A stretch of 64,000 nucleotides of DNA from Schizochytrium sp. TIO01 (taxonomy: Eukaryota > Protista > Bigyra: Labyrinthulomycetes), in assembly GCA_004764695.1 (NCBI GenBank), contig SMSO01000031.1, positions 968,436 to 1,032,435 of the forward strand. Reading direction: 5' to 3'. Every line of letters starts with the position of its first letter. The first letter of the stretch is position 1. Below the pieces are notes generated by a model that was given only the letters and a program-made list of their open reading frames with translations, was not told the DNA's origin and did no database searches. This document shows positions 12,485 to 24,271 of the stretch, in pieces. Both the position numbers and the translations under genes were made by a program.

Positions 12485-14233
12485 CTACAATCCTATATGC
12501 CGCATGACATCACGGAGTGGTGATAAACCATCCACAGAGCGAGAAGAGCTCATTTCAGTAGAAGCCAAACTTCCTCCTGATCTACCTCCGGCACCTGCTC
12601 CGGCCCCAGCCCCAGATCCTGAGGCAGAGATCGACTTAGGAGCTGATGGCGTACCAAACATTGTCGTTGGGCGAGGCGAGGGCGAAAGCGAATGTAAACT
12701 AAACGTTCGACCTCGCTCACCACCATAGTCCCGAGGAGTATACAGAATCTCAGAATTATCGTCCATCATGGAGACGTCTGAGCCATAAATCGAGGTTTCA
12801 TCGAGATCGCGACGGCCGTTCCGACTTGCAGCTCGTGAAGATGTCTCTAGGCTAAATTTACCGTGAAAACCGGAAGTAGACCTTGTTAGCTCATTCCCAA
12901 CGTTGCTTCCTAGGCTTCCTACACTGCTTGAGCTGCTCAAGCTGTTGCTGCGACCGGAGTCAAGCAGTGAGCTTCGCTTGATTTTGCGTGGCGAAAAGTA
13001 GTCTGCGACAAGCATGGGCATCGGCGAAGCTTCCCCTGTGCGCTTCGAGCCGATAAGCCCTGCCGGATGCGGAGAGCGGGTTAAAGATCTGGGCCGTGAC
13101 GGCCACATTGTAGTCGGACTTTGAATAGGCCTTATTGAGGTGCCTTGGGGGATTGCTAGCGTGAGCTGCCGCGCATCTGGCGACCTTGAGTTTTCTGCAA
13201 GCATTTGCGCCATCGGGTTCGATGGCCGCTCGGGAGAAGTCATGTATCGGTTTACCATAGCATGCAATGCCATCGGCTTATGCATACTGTGCTCTTGCTC
13301 TTGCTGTTCTTGCTCTTGCTGTTCTTGCTCTTGCTGTTCTTGCTGCTGTTGCCAATGTGCCGAGTGCAGGTGGTGATGCTGGTAGAACTGATGGGGTTGA
13401 TGTTCACCAAAGGCCATCGATAGCTCTTCATCTTCCTCGCAGCCGAGGTCATCAAAGTCAATGATCTGGATCATTTCCCGCTCTTCGCACGTCATCATAT
13501 CCAGGTCGTCATCCTCAACCTCGGCATCCTCTCCTTGCTCCATGTGTACATTGCTTTCATCTTCCATGCTGATGCTAGCTCCGCTCAAGTCTGCCGAATT
13601 GGCTCTCCTGAATGCTGGCATGAAGTTCAATCCCCGTAGCCTTTGCATTTGAACCTGTCGCACCTGATCTTTATCCCTGTCCATGTTCACCTCATATTCC
13701 AAATTCCGTTCGTCCCGCCATCCAAGTCCACCTGCATCCCCATCTTGACTCAAGTTCTGTGCTTTCCAAGCTGGCCCCGCCTCCCGCAGCGGTATAGCCC
13801 TAGGCCCATCCGAGCCATTTTTGGCACAATCTTGAGCAGATTCTTGCATGTTGCCACCTGCCCCATCTCTGCTATCAGCTTTAGCAACGCCAGTGGACCA
13901 CACCCCAGACCCGCTCGAGCGGAACTGGTTTTGCAGTCTGCCTCCAAGCCCAATTCCTAAGCCCTGGCTTTGATCTCTGATTCCTCTGATTCCTCTGAAC
14001 CCGAAAGCCCCTGCTTCCGCGTGATCCCCTGGGTTTCCCGTCGCTCCGCCCAAGGTGTTGCTTTGCCCTAGGCCCAAGCTCCCCTTTTCCACGGCGCTCA
14101 TGCCGAGGCCATGGCCGCCCTTGGGCAGCGGCACTGGCGCGAAGGCCCCGCGGTGGTCGGCGGGGGGCCGCGGGGCCGGGGAAGTGGCGCAGGACGGTCC
14201 CGGGGGCTCGCCAGAAGCGCCCTGCGAGCGCAT
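12485..14233 (-). CDS. Hypothetical low-complexity, probably disordered protein (acidic, Q/E-rich and Ser-rich tracts)
   Basis: 582-aa ATG-initiated ORF with a coding Q/E repeat and many SP motifs; no domain recognised. Confidence 0.7.
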   Translation of the reverse strand: MRSQGASGEPPGPSCATSPAPRPPADHRGAFAPVPLPKGGHGLGMSAVEKGSLGLGQSNTLGGATGNPGDHAEAGAFGFRGIRGIRDQSQGLGIGLGGRLQNQFRSSGSGVWSTGVAKADSRDGAGGNMQESAQDCAKNGSDGPRAIPLREAGPAWKAQNLSQDGDAGGLGWRDERNLEYEVNMDRDKDQVRQVQMQRLRGLNFMPAFRRANSADLSGASISMEDESNVHMEQGEDAEVEDDDLDMMTCEEREMIQIIDFDDLGCEEDEELSMAFGEHQPHQFYQHHHLHSAHWQQQQEQQEQEQQEQEQQEQEHSMHKPMALHAMVNRYMTSPERPSNPMAQMLAENSRSPDARQLTLAIPQGTSIRPIQSPTTMWPSRPRSLTRSPHPAGLIGSKRTGEASPMPMLVADYFSPRKIKRSSLLDSGRSNSLSSSSSVGSLGSNVGNELTRSTSGFHGKFSLETSSRAASRNGRRDLDETSIYGSDVSMMDDNSEILYTPRDYGGERGRTFSLHSLSPSPRPTTMFGTPSAPKSISASGSGAGAGAGAGGRSGGSLASTEMSSSRSVDGLSPLRDVMRHIGL

Positions 14234-15982
14234 GGTGCCGCCCGCCTGCGGACCACCTCGCTCGCCTCCCGCCGCAATGCGGGTCCGCTGCGAGGTCTGC
14301 TTTGATTGCTCTTCTTCTTCTTCTTCTCCATTTCCATTTCCATTTCCTCAATCACATATTCTCATTATTGTTCATACGAACATTACAAATAATGTGTTTA
14401 TTTATGCGCGATCGATCATTTCACTGTTTAAGGTACACATACATATAATACACATCACTTTCATTTACACGTGCATTGTGTATAAAGGCAATCGACGCTG
14501 CGATGCCTTCGAAGTCTTCACGGCCCTTTGGGGTTTCTGCAAAATGTGCAGATTAAACGGCGTGCGAGTTGAGGTCTGACACTGAGTCAGTCATCCATCA
14601 TCTGCGACAACCGCCGCAGGTTTAGAAGAGGTGCGTGCGCTGTGTAATTAATTAATTCATTCATTCATTCATTGCGTTTCTGTGTCGAATTTCTAGCGCG
14701 ATTGCGAGGAGATGATGGGGATAAGGGCGATGTGTTCGTGTGCATTGAAGCGCGTTTGTTTAGATGAAGCTCGACTTGCGCACGTACTTCGTTCTGTGAA
14801 GAGCAGAGCAGAGCTTTCTATTGTGCACGATGTGTATTTACTGTGTGGGTTTGAGGCAGGACGAAGAATTATGCAGCTGCGTAACTACGATGGGTCGAAT
14901 TGGATGTCTTCTCTGTCCGTGCTGAGAACGGTGTATTGAATGTGCGTGGAATGCGGAGAATGCGACGATTGTTGCAAAGATCACAGAACGCGATGATGCG
15001 GAAGGTGCGAAAAGGAGCGAGCAAAGTGGACAGCACGCGACCCAAACTCAAAGTGGGGAAGGCGCGCATGAAGGTGACTCTAGAGCAAAGCTGGACGAAT
15101 GAGCTTCAGAAGAGGATTGGCGACGCTGCAAGTAGAGATCATCTGTTCTTCACCATACCAAATGCTTCCCTGGGCTCTGCATCATGGGAATGGCATTCCA
15201 GTTTAGAAATTCTACGCACTGTTCAGTTTTTGTTGTGTGTAGGGAGGGACTGCTAGGCTACAGATAAGTAAGTACTAATTGGCAATAGGATGGAAGTGAA
15301 ATGGCCCTATCTATATGTATAGCTGTATATGCCTACTAGTGACGATTTGGGAGTGATTGAGAACAGACCGCTTTCGAGATGCAACCGGGTTGGATTGGAT
15401 TGGAGTGAGTCGAATTGGACGTTGCTAGGCACCTTGCACTTAGCTAGACTGTTGAAACTTGCCTTGACACCAACTATGGTAAAATGTTATCAATTTGATT
15501 TGTAATGGAATCAGCGGTTCGTAATGTGTACAGTGAGATTGTATAAATAGTAAAGAAGATGCTTTTGAACAGCAAAATTCAGGGCAAGCATGCACGGGCG
15601 TTGAGCCGATTCATAACGAGCTCGAAAAGAAGGGATAACAAAGCAAAAATATGCAGCCAGGTAACTGAATACCGTAGCGCCAAATATACTTTCTGGGCTA
15701 CCAACAATAATAAAAATGGTGCAAGATATACTTGGCATAGTATTCTTAAAATAAGGTTTCTGTTTTGGAAGTTGAAATGAGAGGTCCTATAAGTTTTCCC
15801 CACTGTTTCCCCAAAGATGATTTAATATAGAAGGAGATGAAACGATACCTAGCCCTTTATACACTGAAAAAAAAAATTCTTATGACATTCGAAAACTCAC
15901 CACGTGTCCTTTGAATAATATAATCTTATTTACTTGTTTACGAAATTCGAACATGTCAGCACAACCTTCATTAGCGAGGAAA

Positions 15983-18859
15983 CTAAGCAAGATCCATGCT
16001 AATGTTCTTGGTGAGAGGTGCAGGTGTAGATTCAACATCCTCAATAGACACCTCTGCTGCATCATCAGCCACAATCTCGTCCTCTAAATCGTCCTCGTCA
16101 TCGAATGTGACCACCCGGCTCTGAGAGGTACCATTGCGAGTAGTGGGGTTCGCCATCGTGCGAGTGTTGCGTGTGAGCATATGGTTATCCGAAGTGAGGT
16201 TTGAAGCTTCATTTGTGCGGGTACCACCCGTCTTTCGAGCAGTCGACGTAGGTTCAGGGTTCGATGTCTGCCTAGATCCACTACCCAATTTCTGTTTCAC
16301 CACACGTGAAACACTCTGCAGCTCAGGAACAGTAACATAGTATATCTTTGGGCCGATGACAAGCATAATTAGTACCAATGATGTGAATACAAGGGTGGCA
16401 GACACTAAAAACGTCTGTGACTTGATTTCCATAGGGACACCAGCCACCAAAATCATAGTAAGGACAATTATAGACGTTGCCACATAGCTTGCAAACATAA
16501 TGCTCCGACTTTCCATGTACTTTGCATCACTATCACGACCTTGATAAGAAAGAAATGTTGTAAAGAGCAAGATCACGATTACATATGACACAGCGAAAAC
16601 AGGAAAAACCACATAGCCATTATGTATTTCCACTACACCGCTAGCCTCAGCAGCACGCAAAATGTCCCCTGCTCCAAAGTAAACGCAAATATTGGCACTA
16701 AAATCAACCGAATAACCAGGAATTTGATACAAATGCTTGTCGTTGCCAACAAAAGCCGCTTCAACGGCCTTAGGAGCATCCACGGCATACCAGATAGTAA
16801 TGATGAGCACCATGCCAAACATGATTAACGCAAGAACCTTAAACATGTACTGAGCGGTAACAGAGATCCGCTTCATTGTAGAATTATTCCAAATCCTCCA
16901 AATACGGTACACCTTGACAGTGAGTGCGCCAACGAGAAGCGTAATACTCAACGCAAGATGAATTACCCGAGTTCTGCACTTATTTGTTCTGTTGGGACCT
17001 AGAAAAGACATCGCAGCAATGTTGCACCAAATACCCGCAAAACACATAACCACAAGAAATTCTCGTTGCCCTGCTTTTATTGCAACGTTTGAGTAATGTC
17101 TCAGAACAACAAAGAGGAATACATAGCAGACAATTCCTCCAATGCTTGTCAAGCTTATAATAACTTTGCCCGTAATTGAGTTGTATGGGACATACGGACA
17201 TTCTAATCTCGAAGTCGTGGGTAACTCCAGTTGTACTACCGAGTTATCACATCCACAAGGAATATCAGGATCCATGCATGCTCTACCTTCACGATCAGAC
17301 CAATAAAAGGTAACTCTTCGCCAGTCCCCATCGCACTCGTGTGCCCATCCTTGTACAAAATCGTCTATGGTGCAAGTTGTTAAGTCTTGACCGAAATTTG
17401 TATAGTTGACGAAGCTTCCAGTTTTCTCATCAAGAGGGTATAAGTTATGTAATGTCATGTCAGTCTCCTCAGAGTGGGTATGTGTTCTATCGTTATCCTC
17501 ATATTCTACGTGTGCTTGTACTAGAGTCATTTCATATTCAGCTTGACCATTTTCATCAAAACTGAGACTTCCTCCGGGCAAAATACGATCTGTAAAAGTG
17601 GTGGCTTGCATGTAACTCCGCACAGATTTTCTGGTTGTTACACTAGCACTTTGCATTGACTCTATAAGAACTCTTGCACTTTCGTAAGCCAAAGCTGCGT
17701 ACCACTCTGCATCAAGTTGTTCGCTGGGCATACTAAACATTGCTGTTGATGAAGCAGACGCCCCCGAGCTCGCCAAAGTTGTTGCAATGGCGTCATCAAT
17801 CACCTGCAAGGAGTCTGCCCAAGCATAGGCCTCGTATAGTCTCCAACGCTGCGCCCAATCTCGCGACACCTTTGAATTTTGTGTTATACTCCACCATTGC
17901 GCTGCAATGAGACCATTTACATACTCGGGATGATCAAGAGCATTTACGTCCTCAATCTCTACTCCCCTGGCTCCAAAGCTGGCAAAGTCGAAAGTCATTG
18001 CTGTAGATGCTAATGTGTCGAGAAAAACACGAAATTCATTTGAGTGAGCATCTACAAGTAAAGCGTGGCAAGTGTTATCCTGATGGTCTGAAGTCTTATT
18101 CCACACACGCTCTAAGTCTGTCTCAAGATGCTGAAGAATGTCTGGATCTGAGTCATCCAGCGGGTATGGGAAATCAGACGCATAGTAAATTTGAAAGTAG
18201 TTTGGTTTTCGTAACGCATACGAGGCTATCTCTTGGCGAAATGCCTCCCCCTCCGAGGAGTTTTCCCATAGCAAGGCAATATTGCAAGGCTTCTGCAAGT
18301 GCCCTTCATCCATTAGGCTTTGCATTAAGTTGAGAATGGAATCAGTCATGCGCTTTACAGACGACAAAAGACCGAATGCCCAACGTCCATCGTTTTTTCC
18401 TTCACCAGGATTCGCGCTGCTTGTCTTGTATATACCTGCAGTCGCACTTCCAGCATTGATGTACGGTACCTGATGCTTATTTGCAATTTCTATTAGAGCA
18501 GCAACCTCAGCGGTGTCATAGCCTCCAAGTATAAAAACGTCTGGGTCGGAGACTAAGAGTGTTGTCAATTCTGTATCAAGTCTTGCAGCCCCAATAGATG
18601 CGCGAGACTCACTATCGAGAAGAACTAAATTGCTTGAGCTCAGGGTAATTTGTGAGCTTCCCCAGCTTACTTTGTTCCCAATCTCATCAAAGTACATGCC
18701 ATAACCATGTAGATAGTATTCCCCAATTCGTGCATTTTCTCCAGTTAGTGGTAGCACTTGTACTATGTGCAGAGCTGATGCTGTGTTAAGCAAGGCCACT
18801 GTCACAGCTGATATAGCTAGAAAAGCTGAACGCGCTGTATTGCAGGGACAAGACTTCAT
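15983..18859 (-). CDS. Class C (GABA-B/metabotropic glutamate-like) G-protein-coupled receptor
   Basis: Signal peptide, periplasmic-binding-protein-like Venus flytrap region (VLPLTGENARIG, ILGGYDT, IANKHQVPYIN, GGSLSFDENG), Cys-containing linker, then seven hydrophobic helices with 7tm_3 motifs (IKAGQREFL, LTVKVYRIWRIW, KYMESRSI, IGPKIY) and an S/T-rich tail. First ATG at 18859. Confidence 0.9.
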   Translation of the reverse strand: MKSCPCNTARSAFLAISAVTVALLNTASALHIVQVLPLTGENARIGEYYLHGYGMYFDEIGNKVSWGSSQITLSSSNLVLLDSESRASIGAARLDTELTTLLVSDPDVFILGGYDTAEVAALIEIANKHQVPYINAGSATAGIYKTSSANPGEGKNDGRWAFGLLSSVKRMTDSILNLMQSLMDEGHLQKPCNIALLWENSSEGEAFRQEIASYALRKPNYFQIYYASDFPYPLDDSDPDILQHLETDLERVWNKTSDHQDNTCHALLVDAHSNEFRVFLDTLASTAMTFDFASFGARGVEIEDVNALDHPEYVNGLIAAQWWSITQNSKVSRDWAQRWRLYEAYAWADSLQVIDDAIATTLASSGASASSTAMFSMPSEQLDAEWYAALAYESARVLIESMQSASVTTRKSVRSYMQATTFTDRILPGGSLSFDENGQAEYEMTLVQAHVEYEDNDRTHTHSEETDMTLHNLYPLDEKTGSFVNYTNFGQDLTTCTIDDFVQGWAHECDGDWRRVTFYWSDREGRACMDPDIPCGCDNSVVQLELPTTSRLECPYVPYNSITGKVIISLTSIGGIVCYVFLFVVLRHYSNVAIKAGQREFLVVMCFAGIWCNIAAMSFLGPNRTNKCRTRVIHLALSITLLVGALTVKVYRIWRIWNNSTMKRISVTAQYMFKVLALIMFGMVLIITIWYAVDAPKAVEAAFVGNDKHLYQIPGYSVDFSANICVYFGAGDILRAAEASGVVEIHNGYVVFPVFAVSYVIVILLFTTFLSYQGRDSDAKYMESRSIMFASYVATSIIVLTMILVAGVPMEIKSQTFLVSATLVFTSLVLIMLVIGPKIYYVTVPELQSVSRVVKQKLGSGSRQTSNPEPTSTARKTGGTRTNEASNLTSDNHMLTRNTRTMANPTTRNGTSQSRVVTFDDEDDLEDEIVADDAAEVSIEDVESTPAPLTKNISMDLA

Positions 18860-20501
18860 TCTTTGGGAGGCTGAAGACACTGCAATCTCCTCGTCCTCTT
18901 CAAGTCGACGTCGTTGCTTTCCTTTTACGGATTTGCTTGCCCTCCCACGCTCCAGGCTTGTGTTTGAACCAGGGTTTATGATCTTTTAGGTTCTGTACAT
19001 GTACCAGCTAGCATAGATTGGGTCAAATTCTAATGCACCCCGCACTGTGCCAGCTCTTTATGAACATCACACGTGCTATCCAGACGCAGAATGGAGGCTG
19101 AATCAAAGTACCTTTTCTACATCCCCTTACCATGGGCTCTCTCACAAGATGGCCTCATGATCCTTCAAATGAACTGGATTAAATTGCCATTTTTGCCAAA
19201 CTGAGGGTGGCCAAATGCACCTGAAAGTGTAATCTTTTCGAATTGTATTCATACTATTGACTATAATAACGCAATCAATCATAAAAACATTAGGGGGTCT
19301 GGCCAGGCTATGCGTGTGTGCTCCAAACTCCTGCAGGCGGCACAATTCTGCGTATGAAACGCCTAGCTGCTTGCAAAGGAGTTTGTCTCGTCCTTTCTCT
19401 ATCGCTACATTTTAGATTAGTTAGGAGTAGCTGGACACTACTAATACTACCTAAGAACACTGCGCCATGTCCGTCTCCAGGAGTGGGCCATCGTCAACAA
19501 TATCGCATGCCAATCGACCCTCGTGCTCTGCAGTAATAATTCTGTCACACCATCAAAATGAGGGATCCGAGTCGTGACCTACAATATTTGTCGTTAAGTT
19601 CTTTAAATCGCTTAAGAGTTCCGACAGCATTATTTCGTTGAGAGCTAAGTCACTAACGACCTCCAAATTGAACCCATACTAAAAAGGGAGTTTTAGGAGG
19701 AACTTAAGCTCACGCAAACCTATTCCCACCAGAACCTCCGCCAAACTCTTCAGCAACCTCGAAAGACTTCGACTATCTCCGTGTAGTTACTGACTTATGA
19801 GGCCTTTCAGCACTCTTCAAGAGATAACCCTCTGTGCTCAACCCCAATTCAGTACAAACTTGAGAGCGATACTAGCAAGCTCAGTACACGAACAAAGACC
19901 AAAGCCAAATTGAAGCACATGACCTTGACCTGCTGAAACTCTTCTACATGTTCATTCTTTAAATGGGAATATATCGACTCTGAAGACTTTGGTGCGGCAC
20001 AGGAATCGCATCTCGGCTTTGTAAAATATATGAAGTCCTCCATTTTGTATTCTCTAACAGGACGACCATCCTATTAGTACCTGATTAGCAACTTGCTATG
20101 CACCAATCTACAAATTTTGGAACAGAACAGTGAGTTTGGGGGGTAGAGTAGACTTAAGGGGAAAAGACTTCATGCATAAAGAAAGAAACCATGGGAAAGA
20201 ATGAAGTTAAGCATGCCTCAAAGGTCGCAGTTGAGAGTTGCGTTGTGCGAGAGTAAGCAAAGTCAAGGACAAAGGCAATCTGTGCTGGCAAGGACGCAAC
20301 GAGGAATCCAGAGCATTTGAGACACGTGTGCAGAATCTATGCAAGGACCTGGTTTGAGGTTCAAGATCCCTGGGTGAGTTCGAGTCGTTTAGTTGAAGCA
20401 ACTGGCGCAAGTCGTCGAGAGCGCAACAACGAGAGCCACAAGGCTTGCAGGACCGTCAAGAAGCAAAGATTCGGCATTATAGAGTCTCGAACTTATAGAA
20501 A

Positions 20502-23228
20502 ATGGCAAGATCTCCAAGACCTGCACAGGCTCAGGCTGTGAGAGATGTAGAGACTGCAGACCTGAATCAAAATCACAGCAAGAACAGTGTTGGCGATGAC
20601 ATGTACACAGCTGGAGGTAATGAGACAGGTCTTCAACTTAAAGACAAGCAATTTTTGGAGGATGATGATCAAGAAGATGAGGAGTATGTAGATGACGATG
20701 AGGATGACGATGATGAAGACGACGACGATGATGAGGATGATGACGATGAGGACAACGATGACCATGACCATGACGATGTCGATAATCAAGACGACAACAG
20801 CAAGGAAAGAAGACGTTCGGCGCGATTGTCAAAGTCTCCCGGTAGAAAGCGAAAATCACGAGCACGGAGGTCTGTAGATCCAACTCGATCAGTACAAAGC
20901 CCAACACCGTCAGAAGGTTCTGACCTCATTTATAGACGAACTCGAGCAAATTTTTCGCTACAAGACAAAAACCTTGAGGACCTAGGTGTAAATGATGAGA
21001 TGATGGAGCAACTGCTAGAAGGTTTGATTGATGACACGCATGAAGATGCAGACCAAACACTGTATAATAAGTTTGTAAGGCAGACCCTTCGAGCCACCGA
21101 CCCTCGTGCACAAGATATTACCACACCAACCGCTTCTGCAGCTGGTACCACTGTTACTCTTGGCTCCACGCCTACACTGCGGAGCTCAAAATCGGGTCGC
21201 AAAGAAAACCCCACAGCTTCCCTCCACGATGTGCAAACGTCCATGAATAGCAACACAATATCCATGGACGATCTCTTCGATGATGACGATGAGGATGATG
21301 ACGAATATATACCAGACATTAAAGGAGCTCAGGCTGCCCCTAGAACACCTCGGGCTCCGGCACGAAGGCAAAGGGTCCCCGGGTCTACTATCGCTTCACG
21401 AACTCGAGCTCATTTATCTCTCGCTGATAAAGAACTCGAGGATATCGAGGCCGACGACCTAGTTTTACAAAAGCTTGAAGCAAGTCGGATTCTCGGAGAC
21501 GATGCCTTGATTACTCCAAAGCCAAAGAGTGTAATGGATGAAAGTAGAGCCTTGTATGTAGAGTTTCTTCGTGGAACACTAGCCCTCGACGATTCACTTA
21601 TTGCCCGTCCTTCATCTTCTTCTTCTTCTTCTTCTTCTTCTTCCTCCATCACCCAAAGGAATCCCCGAATGCATCCTGCCCAGGGGTCGCGTCACCAGGT
21701 AGAAAATACAACAAACCCACCAAACCCCCCTTCGTTAGATATTAGTTTTCCTGCATCACCAACCGGTGCTTTAAACGCATCGCAGTCTAGCAGCTCGATC
21801 TTAAATGTATCTGCGATGGAAGCTGCAACACGGCCACGTTTCGAAGCTCTTGATGAAATTCTCATTGGGACAAATGATTCAATGGATTCTATACTGAGTA
21901 ATGTATCCTTAGCGTCAATCGCTTCCCAACCTTCACACGTATATTCCTCCAGCCAGGGTGCAATGAATGCATCCTCTACATCGCTAAAGCCAAACACGAG
22001 TTTTACAGGTCCAATAAATAGTAGAACAAAGCAAGTGCAGGATTTTAGACCAAGAAATATTCAGCAGTCGACGACAGTCTCAGAAGAGTCTGGCCCTGTC
22101 ACTGTTGCCAAGAAGTCTCAATGTGAACAACAAAGTACGAATAAGACTATCGCGCATGCACCGGAAATGATCAAACGTGGGCCGTTTTCAGAAGACCTAT
22201 CCCTTCGAACTAATGACCTTTTGCAGGTACATAGGGCATTAGTTGCGAACCTTGGCTCAAAGCGGTTGCAGAATGGAGCGTCCTCTTTATGTAAGTACGT
22301 AGGACTTCGAGAGGATCATGTAGAAAATAACGAAGCAATTGAACAGGAACTTCAACGAGCCGAATTGAACGCTCCCCGCCTTTGGCAGACTCTCGGAGCC
22401 AATGAACTCTATAAAGCCCTGCAGCGACAAGGGAAACCGAATGGTTATACACGTGCTCGAAATGGACGTCTCCTATTCACGGCGGCTGAGGACGAACTTC
22501 TTGCAAGAGGCATGGCGCGTTTTGGTCGCAATGCATGGGAGCAGATTACTGAAGTATATTTACCCGGTAAAAAGAGCTTTCAGCTTGACCATCGCGTACA
22601 TAACCATCAAAAAAGGCAGCGTGTGCAAAAGAAGCAGCAGCAACAGCAGGAACAACGGAGCATGGATAAACAGGACTCATACGTTGAACCTACGAACAAG
22701 AGAAGAAAACTAGATGCAATGCCATCTAATTCTGCTTTCATTGCTCCCACCGATGTTGGTAGTGATGAGCATGATTCCGATGCAACTACATCATCAGCAT
22801 CTCATATCTGGCACCTAAAAATGAGCCGTAAGGAAGCCCCAGCTGCGGAATGGCTGACAAAAGGGGAGCTGGATCGTTTAGCTACTGGTCTTGCACTTGT
22901 GGGAGAACAGTTTGACGAACTCAGTGAAAAATATCTTCCTCATCGCGGACCTACACTTTTGGTTGATGTGTATCGAAGTATCGTTAAACAGTTACCTGAA
23001 ACTAAACAATTGATTCGGGCAATCGGTGCTGAGCCTACGAATTCGCAACGCTGGACCCCTGCAGATGATCGAGTGATTCTTTTACAGACCCACGAGCTTA
23101 GGCCAAAGCGTAGTGACCGCATTTGGAGTTGCATAAAGAAGCAGCTGACACAAGAACGTAGATTCCAGGAGATACAGGCGCGCTTCCGCATTCTTCGAGT
23201 CATTATGTATATTAAATCCAATGCTTGA
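20502..23228 (+). CDS. GON4L / DUO3-like nuclear protein with SANT/Myb-like domains
   Basis: Acidic N-terminus; two I-x-x-RTRA-x-x-SL-x-DK-x-LED motifs; SANT-like FTAAEDELLARGMARFGRNAWEQITEVYLPGK; C-terminal WTPADDRVILL...EIQARFRIL resembling the GON4L C-terminal SANT. Family recognised from memory of motifs. Confidence 0.75.
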   Translation: MARSPRPAQAQAVRDVETADLNQNHSKNSVGDDMYTAGGNETGLQLKDKQFLEDDDQEDEEYVDDDEDDDDEDDDDDEDDDDEDNDDHDHDDVDNQDDNSKERRRSARLSKSPGRKRKSRARRSVDPTRSVQSPTPSEGSDLIYRRTRANFSLQDKNLEDLGVNDEMMEQLLEGLIDDTHEDADQTLYNKFVRQTLRATDPRAQDITTPTASAAGTTVTLGSTPTLRSSKSGRKENPTASLHDVQTSMNSNTISMDDLFDDDDEDDDEYIPDIKGAQAAPRTPRAPARRQRVPGSTIASRTRAHLSLADKELEDIEADDLVLQKLEASRILGDDALITPKPKSVMDESRALYVEFLRGTLALDDSLIARPSSSSSSSSSSSSITQRNPRMHPAQGSRHQVENTTNPPNPPSLDISFPASPTGALNASQSSSSILNVSAMEAATRPRFEALDEILIGTNDSMDSILSNVSLASIASQPSHVYSSSQGAMNASSTSLKPNTSFTGPINSRTKQVQDFRPRNIQQSTTVSEESGPVTVAKKSQCEQQSTNKTIAHAPEMIKRGPFSEDLSLRTNDLLQVHRALVANLGSKRLQNGASSLCKYVGLREDHVENNEAIEQELQRAELNAPRLWQTLGANELYKALQRQGKPNGYTRARNGRLLFTAAEDELLARGMARFGRNAWEQITEVYLPGKKSFQLDHRVHNHQKRQRVQKKQQQQQEQRSMDKQDSYVEPTNKRRKLDAMPSNSAFIAPTDVGSDEHDSDATTSSASHIWHLKMSRKEAPAAEWLTKGELDRLATGLALVGEQFDELSEKYLPHRGPTLLVDVYRSIVKQLPETKQLIRAIGAEPTNSQRWTPADDRVILLQTHELRPKRSDRIWSCIKKQLTQERRFQEIQARFRILRVIMYIKSNA

Positions 23229-23713
23229 GGAGAAACTCAATTGGGTTATTAGAATTTATCAAGAAAAGGTTATGGAGGAGATGATTAGTATTTTTATTTT
23301 CAATATTTGGTTTTCAAAATGATCTTGAAATCTTTTACAGGGTTGTGCCCTTTTTGGGGGGGGCTTTCCATAGTCCATGTAGCTGCATCCCTTGCTTACT
23401 TACATACCATTAGACCATTCATATTATAATGTTTGTAGAACCCAAAAAATAAAGCATGGAGTAGTGGATTTGAATCAATTCTACTCAAAGGATCAACTTT
23501 CTTCGTTTATTGCAAAAAAAATAAACATATCTCCTTAGGTCTACAATTTGGAACAGTGTCGTACTTTGCAACACCAAATGGAATAAAATTTTCTCATCTT
23601 TAAGCTTTTTGAGTTTTCGTACAAGACACTTGAAATGCCGAGCCCGGAATAAGCCATGTGCGAAAAATGGCTACAAGGTACAAAGATTTGTGACGATTCA
23701 GTCTCCAACGAAC

Positions 23714-24271
23714 TTACGCTTCCTTGTTCTCGGCGAAGTAAGCCTTAAGCCCCTCGAGGGCCTTGAAGCGGTGCGAAATCTTGTTTTTCTCTGCCTTGTC
23801 CATCTCCGCATAAGTCTCTTCATAGCCATCAGGCTGAAAGACGGGGTCCCAGCCAAAGTCAGTAGGTCCACGGGCCGGCACGATCTTGCCGCTGGTGCGA
23901 CCCACAAAGGTCTTCACCTCGGCATTGGGACCAGCGCTGTATGCGAAAATACACTGCGCATAAGCAGACTTGTCTTCGTAGGCTGCAAGCAAATTGTTGA
24001 GACCCTCATGGCCAGTCTTTTCGAGAAACCACTTGATGTAGACGCCAGGAAGACCTCCAAGCGCATTGAAGCACAAGCTGGTGTCTTCAACGATCACAGG
24101 GCCTCCAATTTTGTCCTGGGCAAGCCTGCACTTCTCCTTCACCACGTCTTCAGGCTCGCCTTGCAACTCCGGCAAGTCCAGCTTCTCATTGCGCAGCTCC
24201 AGAGCAGTGCCTACGATGGCCTGCACCTCCTCAAGTTTCTTGGCATTTCCTGTCACAAATGTCACCACCAT
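23714..24271 (-). CDS. ITPA: Inosine triphosphate pyrophosphatase (Ham1 family)
   Basis: [58 protein letters not shown]. Likely start ATG at 24271 (alternative ATG at 24301). Confidence 0.96.
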   Translation of the reverse strand: MVVTFVTGNAKKLEEVQAIVGTALELRNEKLDLPELQGEPEDVVKEKCRLAQDKIGGPVIVEDTSLCFNALGGLPGVYIKWFLEKTGHEGLNNLLAAYEDKSAYAQCIFAYSAGPNAEVKTFVGRTSGKIVPARGPTDFGWDPVFQPDGYEETYAEMDKAEKNKISHRFKALEGLKAYFAENKEA

